DNA of 63,872 nt, filler included, from Chiloscyllium plagiosum (taxonomy: Eukaryota), in the NCBI RefSeq assembly GCF_004010195.1. It is 6 parts of one record of this genome, joined end to end, with 100 filler letters (N's around TTAATTAATTAA, not from the genome) between each part and the next. Parts side by side here need not be neighbours in the genome. Positions count along the whole stretch, not along the records: positions 10,236 to 28,209 come from NC_057714.1; positions 28,310 to 53,204 come from NC_057714.1; 4 more parts are not named here. The stretch is one strand, 5' to 3'. The notes beneath the pieces are model-generated. The model worked only from the letters and a program-made list of their open reading frames with translations, ran no database searches and had not been told where the DNA came from. Position numbers and translations under genes: made by a program. Of the stretch, positions 25,511 to 39,469 are shown one piece after another (position 1 is the first letter of the stretch; each line of letters starts with the position of its first letter).

Positions 25511-26929
25511 AGGAAAGGAACAAACTTTCAAACAGGATGTAAAGTTGTGTGTGAACAAGTGTAGAATCAAAGCTTGGGAGGTGCAGCTTGCTATCTTGTT
25601 AAATAAACAGAATTCATGGAGTTTTATTCACAGGAAAGGAACAAACTTTCAAACAGGATGTAAAGTTGTGTGTGAACAAGTGTAGAATCAAAGCTTGGGA
25701 GGTGCAGCTTGCTATCTTGTTAAATTAGTTTCAGGTGATAACACTGAACCTCCATGAACTGGAGTTTCTCAGAGAAACACACATCTAATGGATGCCCTCC
25801 ACCGAGTAAGATAGTGGCTTATCTTTCCAAAATACCATCAGCTTAAATGGACCAGTGATATCAACACCGGGGAGATGAGAGCGAGGCAGATGCCAAGTAT
25901 TTTGCAAAGGGTGACAGAAACCAGACTGCTCAAAACTACTCACAACGTAAGGCATGTAGATTTGCAGTGATGGAATACACAGCACACTATCTCAGATTTT
26001 AAACTACTCCAGCAATGGTAATGATTTCTTTCTGTTTAACAGCTTCAAACTCTCAAATTTCCTTTGTTAAATTTCTCTAGCTCTTCACTTTCCTCCTCAT
26101 TACCCCACACTGAACAAGCCCTTCATCATCTACCCCAAATCTACGTGCTTTGTTGATATACCTTTCTGCAAGAACATCAGCTCTCAACTTGCAATTAATG
26201 AGTCTTCCAAGTAGCCAATCACAGTAAAGTATTTGCATGGACAGCAAAGGAGGAAAAGAAAAAAAAAAGTGTTAATAATTGCATCACTATTTTACAGACC
26301 AAGCAAGCTTGAGACATACACAGGGGAGTTTGGTTAGAATTTAAATGTCATTTTTCTGTTCTTTAAAAATTTAGCAATTATGCTTAAATGGAAACAGAGT
26401 CAGAGCGAGACAGGTGGTTCAGTTGTTACTGCTCAGACTACTGTTTAAAACAAAAGTTCACCAAGAGAACATAACCCAAACTTTTAAAAAGGGGTTTCAA
26501 ACAGGTTACAACTGGGAAGTTCTCGCCAAATTTATTTTGCTGATTGCTAACTGGAGGGGCAAAGGTCAGCCACAGTACTGTCTGTGGTGACCAGTGAAAC
26601 TATACTCATCCACATGTTGCTAAATCATCAATCTAATTTAGAAGTTTTAAAGCAAAGACTGAAAGCTTATAGTTTTAATAAAACACAAAAATTCAGTGAC
26701 TTTATGTGATATATTATACTTTGTGTGAAAAATTAGCAAATTAAGATTGATTCCAAAAACCTAAAAGACTTGGATGTGCAGAGGATGAAACATTATCAGA
26801 GCAATGGAGAAATGTACAGCTAAGGTTAAAATCAGACCAACCATGATCTTACTGAATGGCAGAACAAGTTCAAAGGTCTGAGTGACCTACTCTTGTTCAT
26901 TTTTAAATAACCTACGTATGAACAATGAA

Positions 26930-27370
26930 AAACAAACAAACAAAGTTTTGTACAGCACTGGAACAGATCCTTCAGCCCTGCAAGCTTGTGCCAAATAACA
27001 TGCCCTAACTAAACTAAAACAACCAAAACATTTGCCTTTATTCGGTTCGTATTCCTCTATTCCTCCCTGTTCCTGTATCCATCCAGATGCCTCTTGAATG
27101 TCACCAGCTTGCCAGCTTCCACCAACTCTTCTGGCAGTGCATTCCAGGCTCCTATCACTCTGCATAAAAAACTTGGCTCCCTTAAAAACATTCCCCCTCT
27201 CACCTTGAAACCATGCCCTTTCATAATTGAAACTTCAACCCTGTGAAGAAGCCCGACTATCCACCCTATCTACGTCTCTCAGTTTTGTAGACCTTGATCA
27301 GGCCTCCTCTCAGCCGTTGTCTTTCCAGTGAAAACGATCCTAGTCTTTTTAACCTTTCCTCTTAGCCAAG
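26930..27370 (-). mobile_element. CR1 LINE 3' fragment
   Basis: Reverse complement of the CR1 C-terminus and 3' UTR (GCATTCCAGGCTCCTATCACTCT). Confidence 0.8.
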
Positions 27371-27859
27371 GCAGGTAGGTTAGTAAAGGCTGCAAACATA
27401 GAATAAATTGCAATTCATTCACTTGGCTTAAAAACAGCCATAGTTGGAAGCTGTGAAACTGTTCAGTACATACTGTTACAACACGGGGAAAGCCCACTGC
27501 TAATTTAAACCCGACACAGAAGATTACCTCGCGCCGTAATCTTAAATTTTGAGGGGCGATTAACTATCCCAGGTTTCACTGTTTAAAGTAAAAGTCAACT
27601 ATCTTATTCTTTATGTCCAAAAGAGAACATTAAAACTACATCTACTTACAACTCCTTTCTCTTAAACCTATCTTTTGCCTCCCACTCTACCCTACTGGTC
27701 TGATAAAAAAACAGATTAACATTTACAGAAAAAATAATCATGTTTCAGAACCAGTCAGCTTTGTCGATTCTCATTTATAGATTTTCCTCTGTAGGTTTTC
27801 CTCTATGTTCCTGGGTCATCTTTTCCTCGGTCTTCTGCTGCACTACTTTTCCTACGGAC

Positions 27860-28175
27860 TGGTACCTTTCAGAAAGCCATTCGGCCAACAGTCTGTACGA
27901 AGATTGGAGGAAGAGCGCCTCATCTTCCGCCTAGGAACCCTCCAACCACAAGGGATGAACTCAGATTTCTCCAGTTTCCTCATTTCCCCTCCCCCCACCT
28001 TGTCTCAGTCAAATCCATCGAACTCAGCACCGCCTTCCAAACCTGCAATCTTTTTCCTGACCTCTCCGCCCCCACTCCCACTCCGGCCTATCACCCTCAC
28101 CTTGACCTCCTTCCACTATCGCATTTCCAACGCCCCTCCCCCAAGTCCCTCCTCCCTACCTTTTATCTTAGCCTC
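27860..28175 (+). mobile_element. Penelope-like element 3' fragment (end of GIY-YIG region and C-rich UTR)
   Basis: RRLEEERLIFRLGTLQPQGMNSDFSSF; homologous to 42880-42960 and 59998-60110. Confidence 0.8.
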
Positions 28176-28209
28176 AGACCATAGCAACACGACGGCTGGA
28201 GGAAGAGCG

Positions 28210-28309
28210 NNNNNNNNNNNNNNNNNNNNNNNNNNNNNNNNNNNNNNNNNNNNTTAATTAATTAANNNNNNNNNNNNNNNNNNNNNNNNNNNNNNNNNNN
28301 NNNNNNNNN
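28210..28309. other. Artificial contig spacer
   Basis: N44-TTAATTAATTAA-N44. Confidence 0.95.
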
Positions 28310-29265
28310 AATGATATAGAAGATGGTATTAATAGTAACATTAGCAAATTTGCTGATGATACAAAGCTGGGTGAAATGTGATGAGGATGTTAGGAGATTA
28401 CAGGGTGACCTGGACAGGTTAGGTGAGTGGTCAGATGCATGGCAGATGCAGTTTAATGTGGATAAATGTATGGTTATCCACTTTGGTAGCAAGAACAGGA
28501 AGGCAGATTTCTACCTCAATGGAATCAATTTAGGTACAGGGGCAGTACAGAGAGATCTGGGTGTTCTTGTATAACAGTCAATGAAGGCAAGCATTCTGGT
28601 ACAGCAGGTAGTGAAGAAGGCTGATAGCATGCTGGCCTTCATAACAAGAGTGATTGAGTATAGAAGCAAAGAGGTTCTTGTGCAGCTGTACAGGGCCCTG
28701 GTGAGACCACACCTGGAGTATTGTGTGCAGTTCTGGTCTCCAAATTTGAGGAAAGACATTCTGGCTATTGAGGGAGTGCAGCGTAGGTTCACGAGGTCAA
28801 TTCCTGGAATGGCGGGACTATCTTATGTTGAAAGATTGGAGCGATTGGGCTTGTATACCCTTGAGTTTAGAAGACTGAGAGGGGATCTGATTGAGACGTA
28901 TAAGATTATTAAAGGATTGGACACTCTGGAGGCAGGAAACATGTTTCCGCTGATGGGTGACTGCCAAACCAGAGGACACAGCTTAAAAATAAGGGATAGG
29001 CCATTTAGGACAGAGATGAGGAGAAACCTCTTCACCCAGAGAGTGGTGGGTGTGTGGAATGCTCTGCCCCAGAAGGCAGTGGAGGCCCAGTCTCTGGATT
29101 TGTTTAAGAAAGAGTTTGATAGCGTTCTCAGGGATAGTGGAATCAAGGGTTATGGAGATGAGGCAGGAACAGGATCCTGATTGAGGATGATCAGCCATGA
29201 TCATAATGAATGGTGGTGAGGCTCGAAGAGCAGAATGGCCAACTCCTGCACCTATTGTCCATTGT
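28310..29265 (+). mobile_element. Relatively young CR1 LINE 3' part (RT C-terminus and UTR)
   Basis: [11 protein letters not shown] 28581..29180 LVRPHLEYCVQFWSP...RRLRGDLIETYKI. Confidence 0.95.
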
Positions 29266-29269
29266 CAAT

Positions 29270-29970
29270 AAATAGCAGAACCCTTAGGAGCATTGACAAA
29301 CTGAGGGATCTAGGCTTAGAGGCCCACTTATCCTTGGAAGCGGCATCAGAGACGGATAAGGCTGCCAAGAAGGCATACAGCATGCTTGCCTTCATTGGGC
29401 TATTATCAAATATAAAAACTGCCAAGTTATGTTACAGCTGTATAAAACTTTAATTAGGTCTCATTTGGAATATTGCGTGCAGTTCTGGTCACCACACTAC
29501 CAGAAGGATGTGTTAGAGAGGGTGCAGAAAATGGATGTTGTCTGGTCTTGCTGCTTTTAGTTATGATGCAAGGTTGGATAAACTTGGATTGTTTTCATTG
29601 GAAAGACGGAGACTGTGGGGTGACCCGTTAGAGACATAGATAAGGTGGATAGTCAGAGGCTTTTTCCCTGGGTGAAAAGATCAATTACAAGAGGGCACAG
29701 GTTTAAGGTGAGAAGCAGAAAGTTTAGGGGAGTAGTGTGTGGAATGTTTTTCATGCAGAGGATGGTGGGTGCCTGGAACACATGGCCAGTGGAGATGGTG
29801 GAAGCAGGCATGTTAGCAACATTTAAGGCCTATCTTGACAGACACACGAACGGAAGATGAACGAAGGGATAGAAATTCTGTCAGGACAATAAGTAGTGGG
29901 TCTAAATAAGGACTGGGAGTCAGCACAGGCTTGGTGGGCCAAAGGGCCTGTTCCTATACAGTAGTGTGTT
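29270..29970 (+). mobile_element. Older CR1 LINE 3' fragment
   Basis: KKAYSMLAFI, LEYCVQFWSPHY, TRGHRFKV, with frameshifts. Confidence 0.85.
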
Positions 29971-30229
29971 GTATTGACTTGTGGAACTCTCTTATCCAAG
30001 GCTACATCAACTGCAGAAGATGTATCCGCAAAGGGGCCACCATGTCCAACAGGTCCAGGTTGAGGCCAAGTGCAACAGTATAAGGAGTGCGTGAAAACGA
30101 ATTGCCTCTTCATGCTCCAGCTGCTCCATCTATAGTAGAGTGTACAGTAACAGCTTTGAACCCGTAGAGGAAGAAAGTAATCCACAATCTTGAGGGATTG
30201 CCTGAGAAAAAGCCAATTGAATAACTTTG

Positions 30230-30780
30230 GCCGCGAAATTGAAGAATGATAAACTGTAACTGCAGCAGTTAGTATTCATTTTGTCAGCTGGACAGAATCT
30301 TTTAGAATCAATAATTCAAGATGAAAATCTGTGCATTAATTAAGGACAGCCACCTCAGAATTGTTAAATGCAAGACTTGTTTGGCTAAACTAATTTAGTT
30401 TTTTTGAAGAAATTGCTAATTGGAAAGAAAATGGTAATACTGCAGATGTAATGTGCATGGATTTTCTGAAGGCAATCAATAAAGTGCCTTACAAGAGGCT
30501 TGTTAGCAAAAATTCAAACATGTGTCCTAAGAGGAAATACAGCTCCATGAATAGAAACGTGGTTGTCAGAGAGAAAGTAATGAATTAGGGTACATAAGTG
30601 TTGATTGGAGTTGGAAACATTTGGAGTGTTGTACCCTCGAGGTTAATATTGGATTTGATTTTGCTTTCGCTATAACTATGATTTGGACTTTGGGAGGGAG
30701 AACACAGAATCGGATTTTGCTGAAAACACTAAAACAGGAATATAGTCAAAACAATGTCAGAACTGCAGCATTTGTGACTC
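30230..30780 (+). mobile_element. Highly decayed CR1 RT fragment
   Basis: DVMCMDFLKAINKVPYKRLVSK (DFxKAFDKVPH motif). Confidence 0.7.
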
Positions 30781-32879
30781 CTTAGGTACTGAAGCAGTCC
30801 ATGTGTAAAAATGTGTAAAAATGTGTCACTGTTCCTTCACTGTTGCTGGATCAACATCCTGGAACTCACTTATTAACAGTGCTTTGAGTGTATCTACACC
30901 CAATTAACTGCAGCAGTTTTAAAAAGGCACCTTGCCTACACCTTCTCAAGGGCAGTTGGAAATGGACAGTAAATTCTGGCTCAGCCTGTGCCACCCACAT
31001 TCCATGAGGGAATAAAAGAAAAGATTTCTAGCACCCTTTTTGTATCTCCACAGCATATTACATATTATGCCGTATTTACTTTGCAGACTCAATATTATTA
31101 ACACCCATGATACTCAGTTTGCAATGATGTCAACTGATAAGAGCAGAAGAAAGAGGAACAAGAATAGGTCACATAAGGTTGCCCAGGCATTCAGCATTGT
31201 CATGGTTGATCTTCATCTCAAAGGCCATTTTGCTGTTTGCACCCTTGAGACACCAAAGAAAAACTAACTATCCTCAATCGTAAAACTATTCATATTGAAG
31301 CCTTGAGATACTGGGACTAAGATCATGGCCTGCTGGAATAATGGATCTGCATGTTGCTGTTGTGACTTGGACCAATCATTAAACTTGTAAAACTGACAAA
31401 AGATTTGTTTTAATTGCACACCAACAGTGATCTGTTTGCCTTGAAATGGTAACTGATTACCCTGATCAATTACGCAATGGAAGTTGAACTATGGGTTCCA
31501 CATGTGGTTCAATATGACAAGGATGTCTACAAATAGATTTATTGAGGACATACAGCAGATAAAATTGTGAGCTTTTTGACATTCCCCAAGTCATTTGGAG
31601 GTTGAGGTTGTGGGTAGATTATGACTCCATATGTTCAAATTTGTCATAGTGAGAAGAGAGGATTAGTAACTCAGGTTATGCCTCAAATTCCTACCCTCCA
31701 TTCCCAAGTACTTATCTCTCAAAATGCTAGAATTTCAAGATTTTTGTGTAAAAATTGGATTTACAGCTTTTTGCTTATGGTTTATGTATAAAATGTTGCC
31801 TTTAATATTTAAGCATTACCAGGGATGAAGTATTACTGTGTAAGGGAGATTGAGGCTTTTGCTAGATATGAGACGAAGGGATAACTTGAGAGAGGACTTC
31901 AAGATCCTGAAGGTTAATGAGAAGGTTATTGCTGATAGATGTTTTAGTCCACTGTTCAGTAAAATGGTATTGAGAGGATATAATTTAGAATAGTCCCAAA
32001 ATAATTTATGCAAGAGTTAGAAAGATATTACACAGATGTTTATAAAATATTAATTTCTGTGACACAAAGCATTATTGTAGGAGATTGCAAATATTGCTGA
32101 AAAACAGAAAATTAAAAGACAGGAAGCATCCGCAAAATAGGATTAGACAAGATGGATTCATGTGGAGAACAACACTGGCACAAACTCAATGAATGAAGTC
32201 TTTTTTTTGTGCTACAACAAAAATCCATGGTTTTTATGAATAATTTCCAATAATTTAATATTTGACTTTCAGTAATAATAGATGGAGTATCATATAAACT
32301 TCCAAAATATGGGTGTTAGCATCTGCTGAACACTATAACTGATTCACATTACAAGCTGTATTCTTGATTGACTGACAAAACAACTATTTTCATTTCTGTC
32401 TACAAAGGCTAGTGTGTGTGATTCTTTGACAGGTTTTATAACCAATGAGTATAACACATAGAACATCTCAGTCTTGATAAAGTCTAAAGAACACACTCAA
32501 GAATGTAATTTTTACCAATCAAGGGAAGCAAATATTTTAGAACAGAACAATGCCTAACAAAAATGCACCTGCACAGTTTCAAACTCTCTATATTGTTATA
32601 AGTGACCATTGACCATGATAGTCTTACTGAGAAAAAAAGGGTACATCCATGTATTGATTATGGACTAATAACCCAGAGTTCATAAGTCAAAAAGAGTACT
32701 GCTGAAAATGTTCGTATTCATTGAAACAAATCCATCAATTTGTGTCTTTTATATACAGATTAGTACCGTAAGAAATACTTTTGGAAAAATACAACCATTT
32801 CAAAAATGTCCCTCAGAGAAGGGGAACTTCATAAGCTTACTTTGTTTTGCTTTCAGGAACAGATATATGCATTACAATA

Positions 32880-34565
32880 GTAATCCTTGTCTTTACAGGC
32901 TTATAAAAACAAGGAAAACGACCCAATCATGGCTAACAAAAGAAACTAAGGGTTGTGTTAGACACAAAGAGGAGTCACTTAAATCTGCTCGCTAAAGTAA
33001 CAAGCCTGAGGACAGGGAGCACAGTGGAATTCAGCAAAGGGAAGAACCAGAATGTTAGGAAAGGAAAAGTAAGAGTGAGATTGAATTTATAATGAAGGCA
33101 AAAGTGGACTGTAAAAGCATGTATAAGATGTGAAAAGAAAAAGATTAGTGAAGAAAAATATAAGGCCTCTACAGTCTGAAAAGAGAAAATTAGTAATTCA
33201 GAACAAGGAAATAGAGCATTTAAATAACTACTTCTGTTCTGTCTTCATGCAGGACAATTAAAAGTAACATAAAAATAGGATAGAAAAGGTCTATTAACAA
33301 GGGGGAACTGAAGAAAGATGGTTTAAAAAAAAATTTTGGAAACATGAATGGGGCTGAATGATAAATCCCCAGGGCCTGATAATCTACATCCCTGGGTACT
33401 TAAAGAGCTGATCATAATTAATGTGTTGTCATCTTCCAAACTTCGATAGAGTGTGGAACTGCCCTGGCAACTGGAAATTGTAAATGTAACCCCACTATTT
33501 AAAAAAAAGAAGAGGGAGGTAGAAAAGAGGGAATTAAAAGTTAGCCATCTAACATACATTGTAGTACATACTTACTACCTATTATAAAGGATGTGATAAA
33601 GCAACAGTTAGAACATATAAATGAAACTGGACAGAGGTAACATGCATTTACGAGAGGGCAAATTTTGACAAACCTATTGAAGTTTTTTGAGTTCATAACT
33701 GGTAAAATGGATGTCAGTGAACCAGTTGCTGTGGTGTATTTCAGTTTCCAGAAGGCTTTTTATGAAGTCCCATGTCAGAGGTTAGCATGCAAGGTTAAAT
33801 CACATGCAATTGGGACATGAATTGCTAATTGATTAATAGACAGGAAATACAGAGTGGGAATAAATGAGCTATTTTTGGAGTAGAAGGTGGTGATTACTGG
33901 AATGCAACAGGCTCAATGCTTGGGCTGTAGCTATATCAAATACAATATTTCCAAGTTTTCTGGCAGCACAAAACAATGAGGAATAGTGAGTGGTGGGGAG
34001 GATGTAATGAGACTTTAAGGCAATTTAAACCAGTCGAGTGAGTAGGCAAACACATGGCATGAAGTATAACATCTAATATATATTTACCATAATAAGAATA
34101 AGACTGATTTATGGGGTATTTGGTTTGTTATATGAGGAGTGATGGATTGACTGGGCCCATGTTCACTAGAGTTTAGAAGAATGAGCAGGAATCTCATTGA
34201 AATGAGTGCGACTCTGACAGGGCTGGTCGGACTGAATGCGGGGGTGATGTTCATCTGAGCAAAGAGGGAACAGAGCAATGTAGGACAAGGGATCACAGTC
34301 TCAATATATGGGATAAACCGTTTAGGACTGAGGTGAGGAGAAATTTCTTCATTCAAGTGCAGGTGAAACTGGAATTCTGCACCACATAAGATGGTGGAAA
34401 CCATTCGCTGTATATATTTATGGGGAAAAAATGGACCTCGATATAGTTAGGCTTCGTGCGGGAGATGGGGGAGTTTGGCATTAAGAGAAGATTAGCCATG
34501 GTCATATTAATGGCAGAGTAAGACTAAATGGCCTACTCTTGCTCCTATTTGCTACATTTCTCTGT
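32880..34565 (+). mobile_element. Decayed CR1 LINE ORF2 and tail
   Basis: KSPGPDNLHP, NVTPLFKK, FQKAFYEVP motifs; tail GGCCTACTCTTGCTCCTAT. Confidence 0.85.
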
Positions 34566-35867
34566 TTCACATGATTCTGGTTGACAGTATAAAAGATTGT
34601 CCATGCCCCCAAAGTTGTTCATTTATAAGCATTGAAGCTGTTACAAAATAAGGAAATTGGACAGACTGTCAGCATTCTTTGGCATGCTGTCTCCAAAACT
34701 GACTGAATGATAAGGGCATAGCATATTGGCAGATTTGCATTCACCACAAACTGCAGGATGTGGACACTGTTTGCCACCATTCAGCAAAATTAGTTGATGG
34801 GGCAATAGCTTTCCCTTTTTCAATTTTACTAGACGGAATTCCCATAAAACCCATGCCTTCCTCAATCAGTTTTAATAGCAATCTGAATAATAACTATTGG
34901 TGAACAGCAGATTTGGACCTAAATGAAACATTTAATGACAAATATAAAATTGTTTCATCTTCAGCTGCTTCGTTGATGACCTTCCCTCCATCATAAGGTC
35001 ACTGCTGATACAAAATACTGACCACTGTATGACAAGACAGGTCATTTCAGCATAATTTACAATGAACAATTCTCTTCACTAAAGTTTTTGGTCTATTGCC
35101 TGATTTGATGACTGTTTAACAGACTAATCAAGACTGAAGTCATCTATGCAGATATGTCAATCCAAGATAACTTTGTAGCATTGGTAGAATGAATAAAACT
35201 AAGTAATTCTGAAGGGACATACTCCTTTCTATAATGAGGACATCTTCCATTGTTTGGTGTGACAGTACTAGTGGGGACAGGCTATCAATTGATCTGGCAA
35301 TGTAGAGCTAGCATTCATGAGACACTGAGACAACAAATAGGCAGAATGCCACCACACACTGTGACTGCACGGAACAGCACATCCCTCATTCCTTGATCAC
35401 TGCCAAATTGAACATTGAACCCTGATTTAATGTTGAAGAATGTGCCAGGTGTAGTACCTGGTATACCTCGGAAACAAATAACAGCTTAGTGAATATATTA
35501 AACAGAGGTATTTATATTCTAATCAATAAAAACATTAGACTACTTACAAAGCCTAATAACCCCAGAACCTATTTTGTAACTGGTCCAGTTTAAGCGGTGG
35601 GAGACAATCAGGTAAGTAACAGGAAACAGAGGCTCCATAAATGTCTCCTTCCTGAACTATGATGAAGAAAGTGTGTGACTGCAAGAATAAAGATTAAATG
35701 CCATCATCCAGGAGTGTAGAGTTGCGGAATGCACTGAAGCAATTTCAGATGCTCAAAATTCAGAGATTGATTTAGTTTCACTTCATGATGTTTACAAAAG
35801 AAATCACAAATACTATTGGCTTTGATGCTATCTGAGTCCACCAAGCATTATGGAAAATTACCCAGTA

Positions 35868-36026
35868 CAGAGGAACTTCGATTATCCGAAGCACACCGGT
35901 GGGCAGTATTTCATTTGGTTAATCAAATTCTGGATAATTGAATGCTAGATAACATAGTTTAACTGAGCATCAGGACCTTCCGACCTTGCCGGATAATCCA
36001 ATATTCGAATAATCGTGGTTTCTCTG
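35868..36026. mobile_element. Tc1/mariner (pogo/Tigger-like) MITE
   Basis: Imperfect TIRs CAGAGGAACTTCGATTATCCGAA / TTCGAATAATCGTGGTTTCTCTG with TA on both sides; a related end lies at ~47900-47955. Confidence 0.75.
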
Positions 36027-36154
36027 TATAGTGTATCTACCAAAACAGGACAGATGAAACCAGAACAGTATTGCCCAATTGCTTCACTCAGTTTACTTGT
36101 GAAGTGATGAAAAAAGTCACAACCGTAGCATGAAGTGATACTTACCCATCATTA

Positions 36155-36755
36155 GTCAGAGTCTTAGAGACGTACAGCATAGAAACATACCCATCAGTCC
36201 AACTCGTTCATGCTGACCAGATATCCTAAATAAATGTAGTCCCATTTTCCAGCACCTGGCCCAATTCTCTCTAAACCCTTCCTATTGATATACCCATCCA
36301 GATGCCTTTTAAATGCTGCAATTGTACCAGTCTCCACCATGTCCTCTGGTAGCTCATTCCATAAATGCACCACCCTCTGTGTGAAAACATTGTACCTTAA
36401 GTCCCTTTTATATCTTTCCCCTCTCATCCTAAACCTATGCCCTCTAGTTGTGGACTCCCCCACCTCAGGGAAAAGACTTTGTCTATTTATCCTATACGTG
36501 CCCCTACTGATTTTATAAACCTTTATAAGGTCACCCCTCAGCCTCCGACACTCCAGGGAAAACAGCCCCAGCCTATTCAGCCTCTCCCTATACACAAATC
36601 CTTCAACCCTGGCAACATCCTTGTAAGTCTTTTCTGGATCCTTTCAAGTTTCACAACATCTTTCTAATAGGAAGGAGACCAGAACTGCACACAATATTCC
36701 AAAAGTAGCCTAACAAATGTCCTGTACAGCCGGAACATGATCTCCCAACTCCTAA
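36155..36755 (-). mobile_element. CR1 LINE 3' fragment
   Basis: ORF 36194..36595 RERLNRLGLFSLECRRLRGDLI. Confidence 0.92.
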
Positions 36756-37904
36756 GCTACTAAATGTTATGCAGTTTGGAAATCAATCAGTTTTATACCC
36801 CTTCACAACTTTGATTTAACTACAATCTGCACAGACTATGATATCCAAAGGACATCATAGCAGAATTATATATATTTTTGCAGCTAGTCAGGAAATGATG
36901 CTAGCAGAGGGAAAGTTCTATGAAGTTATAGCTGCATGAAACACTTATGCAGGATAACCAAAGTCAGGAGATTTCTGTCCATTCCTAGCACACTTGCTAT
37001 TTCAGCCTCAAGTGAGACTGCAGAATATAATAGAACACTATCTTTATTGTACATTTTATGGTAAATATTCTTCCAACACTGCTGCCCTAAGAGGGGCACC
37101 AGCTGCATAGCCTGTCACTCCAGGAGACCATTCTGCAATTTCCAGCAAGCAATTGACAACATTAAGATCAACCTTTAAAACGTGCTGCTCCCTGAATTTT
37201 CATCTTTTCCACATTAGCATTCTCGCACTCTATATGAGCTGGCTGAACTATTTCACCATTCAAATGAGTTGCCTAATTTCACTTCTCTTCACCAGTACTA
37301 CTTCAGGCACAACTTTAAATCCTTATCCATTCTTATGTCACCTCAAGACTCAGTGGATGAATTTTAATGTTGCTGGCTGGAAAACCTGCAATACCTTGCC
37401 TTTCCTTCCTTAGAGAATGTCCACAAGAAATAAGTGTCCATCAGGTACTTAACTGGCCAGTGTCAGGATTTTGGAATCTGGGTTAGAAATCCACCTCCAC
37501 CCTGAAGAGTAAGCCAGGCAGAGGCCAGAATTGCTCTCGTGAGAATCAGTGCTATTGGGAAGAGTGATAACCGTCAGTATTGCACCCACTTGAGGGCTAG
37601 GATTGACAAAGGCACCTGCCCACAATTGGGTGCACTGCGGGGTAGGAGGTCAGTTGAAAGGCCATTTGGTGGGTACCAATTAAAGGCTTTGATTAGCGTT
37701 TCACTGGGAAAGCCATCCATAACTTCAGACTTAAAAAGGGGGAATGTGAGGGGTTGGCCATCCCATATCTTCCTGCTTGATTGAACAAATCGCAGTCTCC
37801 CCCTTCCCTACAGTGCATCAAAATGTCCATGATGCCTGGATCACGTCATCAACCTGTAAATACAAAAATATCGGAAACTTTGTCTTTTTAACCACTTAAT
37901 TGGA

Positions 37905-38480
37905 GTACCCATTTGGAGTACTGTGTCCAGTTTTGGTCCCCACACCTCAGGAAGGACATACTGGCACTGGAGCGTGTCCAGCGGAGATTCACACGGATGA
38001 TCCCTGGAATGGTAGGTCTAATATATGAGGAATGGATGAGGATCCTGGGATTGTATTCATTGGAGTTTAGAAGATTAAGGGGAGATCTAATAGAAACTTA
38101 CAAGATAATACATGGCTTGGAGAGGGTGGACGCTAGGAAATTGTTTCCGTTAGGTGAGGAGACTAGGACCCGTGGACACAGCCTTAGAATTAGAGGGGGT
38201 AAATTCAGAACAGAAATGCGGAGACATTTCTTCAGCCAGAGAGTGGTGGGCCTGTGGAATTCATTGCCACAGAGTGCAGTGGAGGCCGGGACGCTAAATG
38301 TCTTCAAGTTAGAAATTGATAAATTCTTGATGTCACAAGGAATTAAGGGCTGCGGGGAGAATGCGGGTAAGTGGAGTTGAAATGCTCATCAGCCATGATT
38401 GAATGGCGGAGTGGACTCGATGGGCCGAATGGCCTTACTTCCGCTCCTATGTCTTATGGTCTTATGGTCTTATGGTCTTA
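37905..38480 (+). mobile_element. Young CR1 LINE 3' fragment with (TCTTATGG)n tail
   Basis: ORF 37913..38380 is open to its natural stop; octamer tail. Confidence 0.95.
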
Positions 38481-39469
38481 ATTCTTTCAGCTTTGTTGGA
38501 CAATATTAAAGGAGTTTTCCTCAACTTGGAACTTTAGCTGTTCCTGGCCATGCATGATGCCAAAACTGTGTTAAAATTCTCCTATTCCTAACTGAGCACA
38601 GGCCTTCCAAATGAACAATTCTATTCAAGGATTTGGATTCATATCAAAGTGAGCAGGCATTGTATATTGTTCATGAAGCACATTTATGGAGGCATTGAAG
38701 TTACCTTATCCTATCATACCCCACAATAATACATGTAATCTAAATCCCAGTTCCATGTGTGAGTTAACATATGAATTAACATATAACAATGTGCCTATAA
38801 GGATTGAGAATTCATCTAAAAGGGGATTGCAGGACTGAAGCTTTCCCTCTGTGATGTGTTACATGCCTGCAAATGTGGTGGAGGCAGGTTCGATTGAAGC
38901 ATTCAAGAGGGCTTTGGATGATTACATGGGGATAGTAATCTGCAAAGGTTTATGGGGAAAAGGCATGAGGTAATAGAATTGGCAAAATGGTCTGAATGGC
39001 CTCCTTCAGTGCCACAATAAATCTTTGATTTAATTCATAACTCCCTTCTTTGTTCACATTTTTAAGCTTTTCCCACAAAGCACACAGGTAATCTCTGCTC
39101 CCTGTTGCTTTTCAGGAGATGTGACCTTGTATTACATTCTCTTGTCAAATTTCCTGCATGGGCTGTTTTTTTTATCTTTTCAGCTTTCTGTTCACACAGA
39201 CTTTTCTGTTGATTTGCGTCTAAAATCATTGCAAATAAAAGGGTTGTCATTATTTCTACTAGGCAATGAGACACCTTTTATAGCATTTCAAAAATTGTGA
39301 TCCTTTTTACTCTTGGTTAGAATGCTGCAGTTACTTGAGATTTTGCAACAATGATGATAATTGCCTTCTTAGCACAGAAGGACACAGGAAATAGAAGCAG
39401 GAGTATGCCACTCTGTCATTCAATAAATCATAACTGATCTGATTGTGGCCATAACTATGATAGATAGGA

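Noticed and set aside
30159..30170. AACCCGTAGA, resembling the miR-99/100 5' end
   Set aside because: The remaining mature sequence does not match and no hairpin is evident
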